DNA of 34,198 nucleotides from a virus (taxonomy: Duplodnaviria > Caudoviricetes): IMG/VR virus record IMGVR_UViG_3300043442_001260, positions 1-34,198 of that record, one strand, 5' to 3'. Both the position numbers and the translations under genes were made by a program. Positions 1 through 8,117 of the stretch are shown here, piece by piece. Each line of letters opens with the position of its first letter. Position 1 is the stretch's first letter. The notes beneath the pieces were generated by a model. The model searched no databases. It saw only the letters and a list, made by a program, of their open reading frames with translations, and was not told the origin of the DNA.

Positions 1-2
1 GT

Positions 3-806
3 GGAAGCGTAGTGTTTTCGCCACTAGGTCAGACTGCTAGAAATTGGATTGGAATGACTGTTTTAGGTATTGATATTTACGCTTCTGTTTTTGGGGGGGA
101 CATCTATAAGCAAACAAATGCTACGGGCAACTTTCTACCACTAGGTCAGACTTCTAGACAGTGGCGTGGAATGACTGTTTTAGGTACTGATATTTACGCT
201 TGTGTTTTTGGGGGGGACATCTATAAACAAACAAATGCTACGGGCAACTTTCTACCACTAGGTCAGACTTCTAGACAGTGGATTGGAATGGTTACCTTAG
301 GTACCGATATTTACGCTTCTGTTTATGGGGGGGACATCTATAAACAAACAAATGGTGGTGACTTTCTTCCATTGGGTCAGACTTCTAGACTGTGGTATGG
401 AATGACTGTTCTAGGTAATGATGTTTATGCTTGTGTACAGAATGGGGACATCTATAAACAAACAAATGCTACGGGCAACTTTCTACCACTAGGTCAGACT
501 TCTAGAAATTGGAATGGAATGACTGTTCTAGGTAATGATGTTTATGCTTGTGTACAGAATGGGGACATCTATAAGCAAACAAATGCTACGGATAACTTTC
601 TACCACTAGGTCAAACTTCTAGACAGTGGATTGGAATGATTACTTTAGGTACCGATATTTACGCTTGCGTTTATGGAGGAGATATTTACCAAATGGCATT
701 AGGTGACACAGTGGGTCATTCGGTGCGAGTCACCACCGCCCGCGTTGGAACGGAAACGACGTCTCTCTATAGTGCTATGTCCTTAACTTATCGAGAGGTT
801 TTATAA
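3..806 (+). CDS. Tail fibre / receptor-binding protein C-terminus with six ~39-aa repeats (probable beta-propeller); 5'-truncated by window edge
   Basis: Frame is open from base 3. Six repeats of F.PLGQTSR.W.GM..LG.D.YA.V..GDIY.Q. Lies upstream of tail genes. Confidence 0.65.
   Translation, partial: GSVVFSPLGQTARNWIGMTVLGIDIYASVFGGDIYKQTNATGNFLPLGQTSRQWRGMTVLGTDIYACVFGGDIYKQTNATGNFLPLGQTSRQWIGMVTLGTDIYASVYGGDIYKQTNGGDFLPLGQTSRLWYGMTVLGNDVYACVQNGDIYKQTNATGNFLPLGQTSRNWNGMTVLGNDVYACVQNGDIYKQTNATDNFLPLGQTSRQWIGMITLGTDIYACVYGGDIYQMALGDTVGHSVRVTTARVGTETTSLYSAMSLTYREVL
21..690 (+). repeat. Six tandem ~117-bp intragenic repeats
   Basis: Units starting ccactaggtca/ccattgggtca at 21, 138, 255, 369, 486, 603 (periods 117,117,114,117,117). 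Confidence 0.95.
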
Positions 807-1285
807 TGCAACGCAATTCAAATACCCTGTTTTTGATAGCTCCTGGACCAACAACGGTTTTATTGCCCTGGGTAAACAACGCCCCCGACTTCACCGGTTT
901 TACTGACCCAACCCTGTCTGTGCTTCAGCAGTCTTGGGTCGCTTTCCTAGAGTCTGGTGGAGAACTTGAGGTTATTGCCGACCCCGTGCCCTCTCCCCCA
1001 CAACCGGACTGGGACGGGTTCCTCGCTGAGTTCCTATCCCCTGGAAACCCCGTCTACAATGCGACGGCATTAAAAGTGCAGGCAAGTTCCCCCTACACCC
1101 AAGAGCATTGGGCAAATATGCGGATCGGTATTACAAACCCATTGATCAGGAACGAGCAATGGCTACAGGAATGCTCTACTTTCCTGGAGACTTTACTGGA
1201 GGCGGACAATAACCCTCTGACTGCTGAGGAAAAGGACAATTGGGTAATTTTAGCCGCCGCCCACCATATCACCCTGGTATTGTAA
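806..1285 (+). CDS. Hypothetical protein, possibly tail fibre assembly chaperone
   Basis: 159 aa, TAATG-coupled to the repeat gene. Function inferred from position only. Confidence 0.5.
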   Translation: MQRNSNTLFLIAPGPTTVLLPWVNNAPDFTGFTDPTLSVLQQSWVAFLESGGELEVIADPVPSPPQPDWDGFLAEFLSPGNPVYNATALKVQASSPYTQEHWANMRIGITNPLIRNEQWLQECSTFLETLLEADNNPLTAEEKDNWVILAAAHHITLVL

Positions 1286-1288
1286 AAA

Positions 1289-1717
1289 ATGGAAGTTTCG
1301 TTGCACCAAAAAATTATTTCTGAGTTGGGGAACCTGCTAAACCAGTTAACCAATGGCTACTCGATACCGTGGGACAAAATTGTTTACTGGCAGGACTTAC
1401 CTACCGAGTACGATCGGAATTGGCTTACCTATCGGGATACCTTCATTGAATTTACTGATAAAAACCAACTCTACGATCAGAAAATGACGATCGAAATTCA
1501 GGGGTGGATCTTTGGAGAACAACCTGAAACAGACGGGACGATCGCTCTGAACGATATTATTATAGTACTGGGAACCAACCCAACCCTAAGCCGCTGTGTG
1601 AATTTGTTGCAGCTAAAAAATTGCACAAAGGAATGCGAAACCGGCGGCAAAAAAGTTTGCTCCATAACCCTAACGATCGAAGTGAGTTATCGAGTAAAGG
1701 CCTTCAGACCTAACTGA
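1289..1717 (+). CDS. Putative tail terminator / tail completion protein
   Basis: 142 aa directly before the tail tube gene. Ends in alternating beta pattern ITLTIEVSY typical of gpU-like proteins. Confidence 0.55.
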   Translation: MEVSLHQKIISELGNLLNQLTNGYSIPWDKIVYWQDLPTEYDRNWLTYRDTFIEFTDKNQLYDQKMTIEIQGWIFGEQPETDGTIALNDIIIVLGTNPTLSRCVNLLQLKNCTKECETGGKKVCSITLTIEVSYRVKAFRPN

Positions 1718-1771
1718 ACCAAACCGTCAGACCCATGACAACTGATCAGTTGAACTCTGGAGATTTAAATC

Positions 1772-2791
1772 ATGAGTATTGGAGCCGATCCAACCCGTTT
1801 GTATTCCGGTCAGGGTATTCTGTACCTGGCCGATCGTTCTGCCACGGGGCAACCTGCTGGGTTTCTTGATATGGGCAACTGCCCTGAGCTAACCCTAAGT
1901 CCTTCCATTGAACGAATTGAACACGAAGAAAGCCGCACTGGGCGCAACTTCAAAGACGCTTATATCGAGCGCATGACTCAGGTTCAGGGGAGCATGACGC
2001 TGGAGAGCGTTGCCAAAGAAAACCTGATCCGGTATCTGTACGGGAGTGCCGAAACGGTTGCCGGTGCCACTGTCTCTAATGAAGTAGTGGTGGGTTACCC
2101 CGGTAAACAAGCGGCCCTAGAGCAAATTAACTTAACCAGCTTCACCAGCCTGACTTCTGCCAACGGGTTGACTACTTATACCCGCGACCCTGGAACCGAC
2201 CCAAATGTTTACGTCTCCAGTTTTGATGCCACTACCGATACTTTCACTGCCAACGCTCACGGGCTGTCTAATGGCACACGGGTTTGGATCAGTGCGGGAA
2301 CGCTGCCTACTGGTTTATCCACTAGCACAAATTACTACGTGGTAAATACTGCCGCCAATACCTTCCAACTGAGCGCAACTCAGGGCGGTGCTGCGGTAAA
2401 CGCTACTGGTGCAGGCGCGGGGATCCTGGTAACCATTCAGTATGACTACAAGGTGAACTTGGGAACGGGGACGATCGAGTTTTACAATGGGGCCACCTTT
2501 ACTGGTGGCGATAGTCTCCGGGCTAATTATGTTGCTGGTGTGAGTGAGCGTACTTACGCCTTCGCACAGCGTAACCGTGACGTGGTGATGATGTTCTCCG
2601 GGTTAAACCGTGCTGAAGACGATGCACCTGTACGGATCCGGGTATTTAAGGCCCGCTTAGATCCGGTTCAACAGTGGAGTCTGATCAACCAGGAGTTCAA
2701 CCAATTCCAAATTTCGTTTGAATGCCTATACGACGATTTGCAACCCGCTGAAACGGGCCGCTTTTTCGTTATCGATCAACTGCAAAAATAG
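1772..2791 (+). CDS. Major tail tube protein with an inserted accessory domain
   Basis: Tail-tube motifs GQG..YLA, GNCPEL, EHEESRTG, F.GLN. GGAG RBS. Followed by chaperone genes. Confidence 0.8.
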   Translation: MSIGADPTRLYSGQGILYLADRSATGQPAGFLDMGNCPELTLSPSIERIEHEESRTGRNFKDAYIERMTQVQGSMTLESVAKENLIRYLYGSAETVAGATVSNEVVVGYPGKQAALEQINLTSFTSLTSANGLTTYTRDPGTDPNVYVSSFDATTDTFTANAHGLSNGTRVWISAGTLPTGLSTSTNYYVVNTAANTFQLSATQGGAAVNATGAGAGILVTIQYDYKVNLGTGTIEFYNGATFTGGDSLRANYVAGVSERTYAFAQRNRDVVMMFSGLNRAEDDAPVRIRVFKARLDPVQQWSLINQEFNQFQISFECLYDDLQPAETGRFFVIDQLQK

Positions 2792-2798
2792 GTGACTT

Positions 2799-3278
2799 AT
2801 GGAGCCGGACAAGGAACTAGCTGAACTTTGGAACAACGCGGTGCAGCACAACCGATCGGTGGCGCGGGCGGTGCAGGCTGATCTGCGGAACCAAACCCGG
2901 AAGCTCTCTGGGAAAAGCATTAGTTCTGGTGTTCGACTCTATGAGACTCGCACTGGAGCGATCGTTTCATTGGGTAAAATTCAGTCTGCACTGGCAACCC
3001 CTGGCGGGACGATCGCAGTCGGTAAGCCTTTTTTGTGGATACGGACGGATGACGGTAAGCGCCTAGGCTTTAAGCGGATGAGTCCAGGGTACTGGGATGG
3101 ACTCAAGCGCAAGTATGGCAATGATATATTTATCAGGAAGAATGGAAACGGTGTGGTGCTGTACCGTAGTCGTGGCAAATTAGTGACAGTTTACCTGTTG
3201 CGGAAAAGTTCAAGAACTCCCCAAAAATTAAACCTGTGGGATACAGCACAAAGTAAATTTAGTCAGGAAGACCTATGA
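2799..3278 (+). CDS. Basic virion morphogenesis / neck protein (DUF6441-like)
   Basis: 159 aa basic protein with GGTI...GK..LWI motif, inside the tail operon. Confidence 0.45.
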   Translation: MEPDKELAELWNNAVQHNRSVARAVQADLRNQTRKLSGKSISSGVRLYETRTGAIVSLGKIQSALATPGGTIAVGKPFLWIRTDDGKRLGFKRMSPGYWDGLKRKYGNDIFIRKNGNGVVLYRSRGKLVTVYLLRKSSRTPQKLNLWDTAQSKFSQEDL

Positions 3279-3667
3279 ACTCCGAACTGCAAGTTTTAAT
3301 TCCCGATCGCACCTTCAATACCAGTGCTGGTAAAGTGTCGTTGGTTCCGTTCAAATTCAAACATTTCAACCGTGCTTTAGAAATTATTGAGCGGTATGTA
3401 AATGTTTTCATGGTGAGCCAGACGGCTGAGGAAATTGCCAACCGTTTGTTCGCTAAGGTATCGGAAAGCTACGAAGTTTTGAATGACATCAATACCATTC
3501 TGGGAATGGTTATTGTTCCCTCAGCAGCGGCTATCGAAATTGATGAACTCCGATATGACGAGGTTTTGGGAATTGTCGTTGAGGTTGTTGACATGAACCT
3601 CGTTTTTTTCAAACAGATCGGGGAACGACTGAACGAAAAAGACAAGCCCGAGCAAGCGCCCGCGTAA
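3275..3667 (+). CDS. Tail assembly chaperone (gpG-like)
   Basis: 130 aa acidic helical protein after the tail tube. Slippery T TTT TTC near its 3' end. Confidence 0.7.
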   Translation: MNSELQVLIPDRTFNTSAGKVSLVPFKFKHFNRALEIIERYVNVFMVSQTAEEIANRLFAKVSESYEVLNDINTILGMVIVPSAAAIEIDELRYDEVLGIVVEVVDMNLVFFKQIGERLNEKDKPEQAPA

Positions 3668-3885
3668 ACACAGAAGAGTGGGGGATCCGTGTCTCCCGCT
3701 TAATTCGGTTTGGACATTCGTGGGACTCAATTCAGAACTACACATTTCAGCAAATTAAGCTATTCACAGCAGCAGCTTTAGAGATCGAAGGGGAGGAACG
3801 CAGAAACGCCATTTTAGAAACTGCTATTGCGGCTCAGGGTGACAGCAAGGCAATTCAAAAAGCTGTTAAACAATTAGGTGGTTAA
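3604..3885 (+). CDS. gpGT-like -1 frameshift extension of the tail chaperone (not in ORF track)
   Basis: -1 frame open 3592-3885, reads ...EEWGIRVSRLIRFGHSWDSIQNYTFQQIKLFTAAALEIE...KQLGG*. In-frame slippery heptamer at 3604-3610. Confidence 0.75.
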   Translation, partial: FFQTDRGTTERKRQARASARVNTEEWGIRVSRLIRFGHSWDSIQNYTFQQIKLFTAAALEIEGEERRNAILETAIAAQGDSKAIQKAVKQLGG

Positions 3886-3886
3886 A

Positions 3887-4717
3887 ATGGTCGCGCTAGA
3901 GTTTGATACTCGAATTTTTGAAAGTTTTCAAGATGCTGTGATGCTCCTGCAAGAGGGGGTTTGTGTCTACGCAAACCCAGAACACAGGCGGCTTTGGATA
4001 GGCACAGACAGCCTAATATTGCCTAAAGGTGAGTACAGAGCAATTCACCCCAAGATCGATCAATTAGTCCTCTCTCGATCGGTTGGACACGAGACTATTT
4101 CTGTCAATAAAGGCTCGAATATCCTCTATTACTACCTCTACTGTTTCCCTGTAAATGGACTTTTTTATGTCATTTTAACGCGGGATATTACGGAAAGTTA
4201 TACTGAACATCAACGCGATCGGGAGTACAAGGGGTTGTTTACTGTGGTTTTCAATGCCGTTCGCTACCCACTAGCGATCGTCTCCACGACTGGAATAGTG
4301 AACCGTTTCACCCACGCCTTTTTCCAGTGTTTTGATGACAACGTAACTTTGTCCAGCGGTAGTTTTATTTGGGACTTCTTTGGAAAAGATCGGCCCGCAG
4401 TAAAAGAGTTGTTTGAGGAGTTGGTACAGAAACGGCAACAGTTTGAATGGGATGGCTTTCTGTTTACCTCTGTCTCAGACGAGTGGGTTGCGGTTTATGC
4501 AACAACGGACAAGACGATCGAAAAACCAGAGGCAAAAAACGACGAGGAACACGCTGCCGATATTTTGGCGTTTTTCCGGGTTGTAAGGAGTATGAAGGAC
4601 TTACCCTGGAAAGCAATAATAATTACGATGCTGGGGGCCACAACGATACTAGGGCAAATTGATCCGGGTTTCCTGCTCCACCTGCTGGACGCTCAACCCG
4701 TGGAGCAAAGCAAGTGA
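3887..4717 (+). CDS. Tandem PAS-domain protein with a C-terminal hydrophobic helix
   Basis: IFESFQDAVMLL..G.CVYANP ... TRDITE (PAS/PAC-like) and VFNAVRYPLAIVSTTG...FTHAF. Hydrophobic AIIITMLGATTILG near the C-terminus. ATG 1 nt after the GT stop. Confidence 0.65.
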   Translation: MVALEFDTRIFESFQDAVMLLQEGVCVYANPEHRRLWIGTDSLILPKGEYRAIHPKIDQLVLSRSVGHETISVNKGSNILYYYLYCFPVNGLFYVILTRDITESYTEHQRDREYKGLFTVVFNAVRYPLAIVSTTGIVNRFTHAFFQCFDDNVTLSSGSFIWDFFGKDRPAVKELFEELVQKRQQFEWDGFLFTSVSDEWVAVYATTDKTIEKPEAKNDEEHAADILAFFRVVRSMKDLPWKAIIITMLGATTILGQIDPGFLLHLLDAQPVEQSK

Positions 4718-4721
4718 AATA

Positions 4722-4752
4722 TAGGCAATAAAAAAGCCCCTGGGTAGGGGCT
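4722..4752 (-). terminator. Intrinsic terminator between convergent genes (shared cassette family)
   Basis: taggcaataaaaaagcccc-tgggta-ggggct; hairpin followed by U-tract on the minus strand. Confidence 0.8.
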
Positions 4753-4765
4753 AAGATGGGGAGAT

Positions 4766-5125
4766 TTACCGATTAGGGCGGGCCGTCGCAGGATTCCCCC
4801 ACGCCAATTTTTCATATCCGGGACAGTCCTCCCACCGTCCCACTCGTTGGGTTCCTACGGGGTGGTGGTAAACCCCTCCAGGAAGGGCATGGGAAGCAAT
4901 GCTAAAGGTTTGGACGCACCCACCAAATCCATTCCCTTCGATCGTGGAATGGACGATCGAAGAGTTGCTGCTTTCGCCACGCTCCCACGCGGCAAACTCC
5001 CCTTCAACTGCTTTCCGCCAGCGGGTAGATTGCTCAAACGCTTCCTCCTCCGACAGGAAGACGTGGGGATTAACCCCAGAAAACTGCTGAACAGACCAGA
5101 AGTCAACCAAGTTTACTGCGTTCAT
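4766..5125 (-). CDS. Small hypothetical protein (cassette 1)
   Basis: 119 aa with GAGG RBS, own promoter and terminator. Confidence 0.7.
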   Translation of the reverse strand: MNAVNLVDFWSVQQFSGVNPHVFLSEEEAFEQSTRWRKAVEGEFAAWERGESSNSSIVHSTIEGNGFGGCVQTFSIASHALPGGVYHHPVGTQRVGRWEDCPGYEKLAWGNPATARPNR

Positions 5126-5141
5126 TTTTTTTCCTCATTAA

Positions 5142-5192
5142 GTGTTTTTCTTAAGACTAAATTACTCGTTACTTAACGCCTTGTCAATACAT
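5142..5192 (-). promoter_or_regulatory. Sigma70-type promoter with operator palindrome
   Basis: Minus strand TTGACA-17-TAATTT. CGTTAagTAACG at 5167-5178, then GAAAAACAC. Confidence 0.8.
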
Positions 5193-5251
5193 GAGGGGGA
5201 TATTTTTTTTAGACTATACTTAACCTGTCAAACCCTTGAGGAGTCAGGAAT

Positions 5252-5491
5252 ATGAAAACCTCACCAGACTATTGGATCGAGACGATCGTGGATGGGATAC
5301 CCCATTTTGAGGCGGTGTTGGGAAGCCTCCACGATGCACAGCAGCGTGCTATCAAAATTGTGTCTCAGTTCCAGATAGACTTTATAGTGTTGCTCAGTGG
5401 AGACTACCGCCCTGGTGCAGTGGCCCTAAATTCTCAAATTCTGGCTGATGGGCAAAACTTCTATGTACCGGGCTCTTATCGGGTTAAGTAA
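5252..5491 (+). CDS. Hypothetical protein
   Basis: 79 aa, GAGGAG RBS, TAATG-coupled to the terminase. Confidence 0.6.
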   Translation: MKTSPDYWIETIVDGIPHFEAVLGSLHDAQQRAIKIVSQFQIDFIVLLSGDYRPGAVALNSQILADGQNFYVPGSYRVK

Positions 5492-7296
5492 TGACGCTCG
5501 ATCGCTTTTTGGCTGACTGCTGGGAACCACCAAAAATAGTTACGGTTTCGGAATGGGCTGACGAATATCGAATGCTGAGCCCGGAGGCTAGTTCGGAACC
5601 GGGGCGGTGGCGTACCGATCGCGTTCCCTATTTACGATCGGTAATGGACTGCATTAATGAGCCCGGCATTGTCCAGATGGTGCTGATGTTTTCGGCTCAG
5701 AGTGGCAAAACGGAGGCGTTGCTGAACGCATTGGGCAAAACGATCCACCTCGATCCGTCGCCTATTCTGTTTATCCAACCTACCTTGGAAATGGCTGAGA
5801 GCTTCAGTAAGGAGCGGGTTGCACCCATGATCCGGGATAGTCCAGTATTGGCCAAACTGGTTCAGGATCCCCGCTCTAGGGACAGCAACAATACCCTACT
5901 CCACAAAAACTTTCCGGGGGGACACCTGACGATGGCAGGCGCAAACAGTCCTGCTAGTTTAGCCAGCCGTCCTATTAAGTTGCTGTTGTGCGATGAGATC
6001 GATCGTTATCCGGTGAGCGCTGGGGCAGAGGGGGATCCGGTTTCGATCGCCATGAAAAGGACAGCAACGTTTTGGAACCGGTTCAGTATTCTGGTTTCCA
6101 CTCCGACAATTAAAGGGAGTTCTCGTATTGAACTAGCATGGTTTAGCAGTGATCAGCGGTTGTGCTTTGTGCCGTGTCCGTTGTGCGGTGGGTATCAGGC
6201 GTTGGCATGGGAGCAAGTTGAATACCCAGGGAAAGGGACAGAAGAGCCTGAATTTTCAGGAGTATCCTATCGGTGCGTTCACTGTGGGGGGGTGTTTCCT
6301 GAGTCGGAAAAATTCACCATGCTTCAGCGGCACGAGTGGCGCAAAACTGCCAAACCAGGGACGATCGCGGGGTTTCATTTGAATGCGTTGTATTCGCCGT
6401 GGCAGTCGTGGGTAAACATGGCCAGGGACTACGAAACAGCGCGGCACGATGGGATGCTGCTCAGAGTTTGGTGGAATACCATGTTGGGCCAACCGTGGGA
6501 CGATTCGGAGGGTACGGGGTTCAGTGCTGATGTTTTGATGGCTAAGGCTAAAACCAGCGAATATCAGTCCGGGACTGTGCCGGAGCCAGTGCTGTTGTTA
6601 ACTGCTGGTGTGGATGTGCAAGGCGATCGTTTGGCGGTTGGGATCTGGGGATGGAGCGAGGAGTCCTGGTTGGTTGAGTACGCTGAAATTTTGGGGGATC
6701 CGCTAACTGACTCCCCGTGGCAAATTCTAGAAAGTTTTTTGACTAAAAAATATCCTCACACTACCCTAGGGACGATCGCGGTGAAGCTGGCTTGTGTGGA
6801 CACTGGCTACCATACTCAGGACGTTTACCGGCAGGTACGCCAGCGCAAAAACTGGTTTGCAATCAAAGGTAAGTCTGGGGATCGTCCGATCGTTAGCCGT
6901 CCCAGTTGGCAAGAGGTGAATACGGCGGGGGTTGTCCTGAAGCGAGGGATAAGGCTTTATACGATCGGTGTGGATACGGCAAAGGAAATGTTGTACGGCA
7001 GAATGAGGATACTGGCAGGGGATAAGGCTATTAATTTACCCAAAGACTTAGATCAGTCCTGGGCGGTGGGGTTCTGTTCTGAGGTGCTGGTAACCAAGGT
7101 AGTGGCGGGGCAGTTTCAACGCCGTTGGGAGAAATTACCAGGAGTGGCCAATGAGCCGCTCGATACTTCAATTTATGCTTTGTCCGCCGCTATCCTTTGC
7201 GGGGCCGATCGCTTTAACTGGCAAAGGGAACGAGGCAAAAAAAACGATCGCCCTGATGGAGACGATCGTAATGGCAATTGGGTTAAAGGCAGTTAG
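5491..7296 (+). CDS. Terminase large subunit, lambda GpA family
   Basis: VSEWADEYR, PG.WRTDRVPY, Walker A SAQSGKTE, CDEID, STPT, CxxC pairs, GVDVQ nuclease motif, NEPLD. Confidence 0.95.
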   Translation: MTLDRFLADCWEPPKIVTVSEWADEYRMLSPEASSEPGRWRTDRVPYLRSVMDCINEPGIVQMVLMFSAQSGKTEALLNALGKTIHLDPSPILFIQPTLEMAESFSKERVAPMIRDSPVLAKLVQDPRSRDSNNTLLHKNFPGGHLTMAGANSPASLASRPIKLLLCDEIDRYPVSAGAEGDPVSIAMKRTATFWNRFSILVSTPTIKGSSRIELAWFSSDQRLCFVPCPLCGGYQALAWEQVEYPGKGTEEPEFSGVSYRCVHCGGVFPESEKFTMLQRHEWRKTAKPGTIAGFHLNALYSPWQSWVNMARDYETARHDGMLLRVWWNTMLGQPWDDSEGTGFSADVLMAKAKTSEYQSGTVPEPVLLLTAGVDVQGDRLAVGIWGWSEESWLVEYAEILGDPLTDSPWQILESFLTKKYPHTTLGTIAVKLACVDTGYHTQDVYRQVRQRKNWFAIKGKSGDRPIVSRPSWQEVNTAGVVLKRGIRLYTIGVDTAKEMLYGRMRILAGDKAINLPKDLDQSWAVGFCSEVLVTKVVAGQFQRRWEKLPGVANEPLDTSIYALSAAILCGADRFNWQRERGKKNDRPDGDDRNGNWVKGS

Positions 7297-7323
7297 GCAA
7301 TAAAAAAGCCCCTTTCGGGGCTT
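7294..7323 (-). terminator. Intrinsic terminator (shared cassette family)
   Basis: taggcaataaaaaagcccc-tttc-ggggctt. A second hairpin lies at 7352-7370. Confidence 0.8.
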
Positions 7324-7379
7324 ACTGATGCTCTTGTTTTTGGCTGTGTAGAAGCCCCTGAGCGGGGCTTGCTTGTTTA

Positions 7380-7625
7380 TTATTGAAAACGCAATTTTGT
7401 ATATTCCTGCTCGGACATGCCAAGAACCCATACCTCATAGGGAATGGATACCCGGTTACCGTTTGAGAGGCTTACACTTGCGCCATCATAAGACTCCGTT
7501 ACTTTTCTCACTTTCTTGGGGGAGACGTTTAGCAGCTTGGCTGCTTTTTCAGCAACAGCTTGGCTTCTAATTTTTTCCAGTAGGCTCATTGTCGTTGTCC
7601 CTTTTGTCTGAGTAGTAGCAGTCAT
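7380..7625 (-). CDS. Small basic hypothetical protein (cassette 2)
   Basis: ATG at 7625 after AAGGAG; alternative ATG at 7589. Own promoter and terminator. Confidence 0.7.
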   Translation of the reverse strand: MTATTQTKGTTTMSLLEKIRSQAVAEKAAKLLNVSPKKVRKVTESYDGASVSLSNGNRVSIPYEVWVLGMSEQEYTKLRFQ

Positions 7626-7635
7626 GGTGGTTTCG

Positions 7636-7700
7636 GCTCCTTGCCGTGTTGTGTTTTTCAATGATCTAATAATAAACCGTTACCTAACGCTTGTCAATAC
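7636..7700 (-). promoter_or_regulatory. Repeated promoter/operator/leader unit
   Basis: TTGACA-17-TATTAT with CGTTAggTAACG (7678-7689), then GAAAAACACAACACGGCAAGGAGC. Confidence 0.85.
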
Positions 7701-7721
7701 TTTGTGCAAAAATATTTTCAA

Positions 7722-7756
7722 GCAACAAAAAAGCCCCTTTCGGGGCGGTGAATTAT
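7722..7756 (-). terminator. Intrinsic terminator; 34/35 identical to 30808-30842 in inverted orientation
   Basis: Minus strand ataattcaccgccccgaaaggggcttttttgttgc. Confidence 0.85.
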
Positions 7757-7771
7757 GCAGGACGATCGCCA

Positions 7772-8053
7772 CTAGGTAAACATATCTCGTGCTTTTTTCT
7801 TTACGGACTTGATCACGTCGATACTATCCGTCGCATTGTACCTAAAAATACCTTTGTACTCGCCGTGAGAGCCCACAAAAACAACTTGAATAAGCGTATC
7901 CAAATGCGTTCCATTTTGTACGCTGGTAGAGCGCTCCTCATAGGGGTTCGCAGGGTTCAATGGGGCGAACTCGATCGCTCTGGCATTGCGCGTGGGAACG
8001 CCACCCACAACAGAAAACTTTTCTCCGAGAGCGGTAACTTCTTGCTGCAACAT
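7772..8053 (-). CDS. Small hypothetical protein (cassette 3)
   Basis: 93 aa with GGAG RBS. Upstream TTGACA..TATAAT promoter at about 8082-8113. Confidence 0.7.
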   Translation of the reverse strand: MLQQEVTALGEKFSVVGGVPTRNARAIEFAPLNPANPYEERSTSVQNGTHLDTLIQVVFVGSHGEYKGIFRYNATDSIDVIKSVKKKARDMFT

Positions 8054-8117
8054 ACTGACTCCAAAAACTTGAACTTGAAATACATTATAGCTAAGAATAC
8101 CCTATGTCAATACATGG

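Noticed and set aside
21-690. Diversity-generating retroelement target or CRISPR array
   Set aside because: No reverse transcriptase or non-coding template repeat in the window. Several differences are not adenine-specific (aat/cag/ctg; cagaat/tttggg). The repeats are contiguous and coding, with no spacers. A DGR elsewhere in the genome is not excluded.
5252-5491. Terminase small subunit
   Set aside because: Position fits, but it is only 79 aa with no HTH or coiled-coil pattern of Nu1-like proteins.
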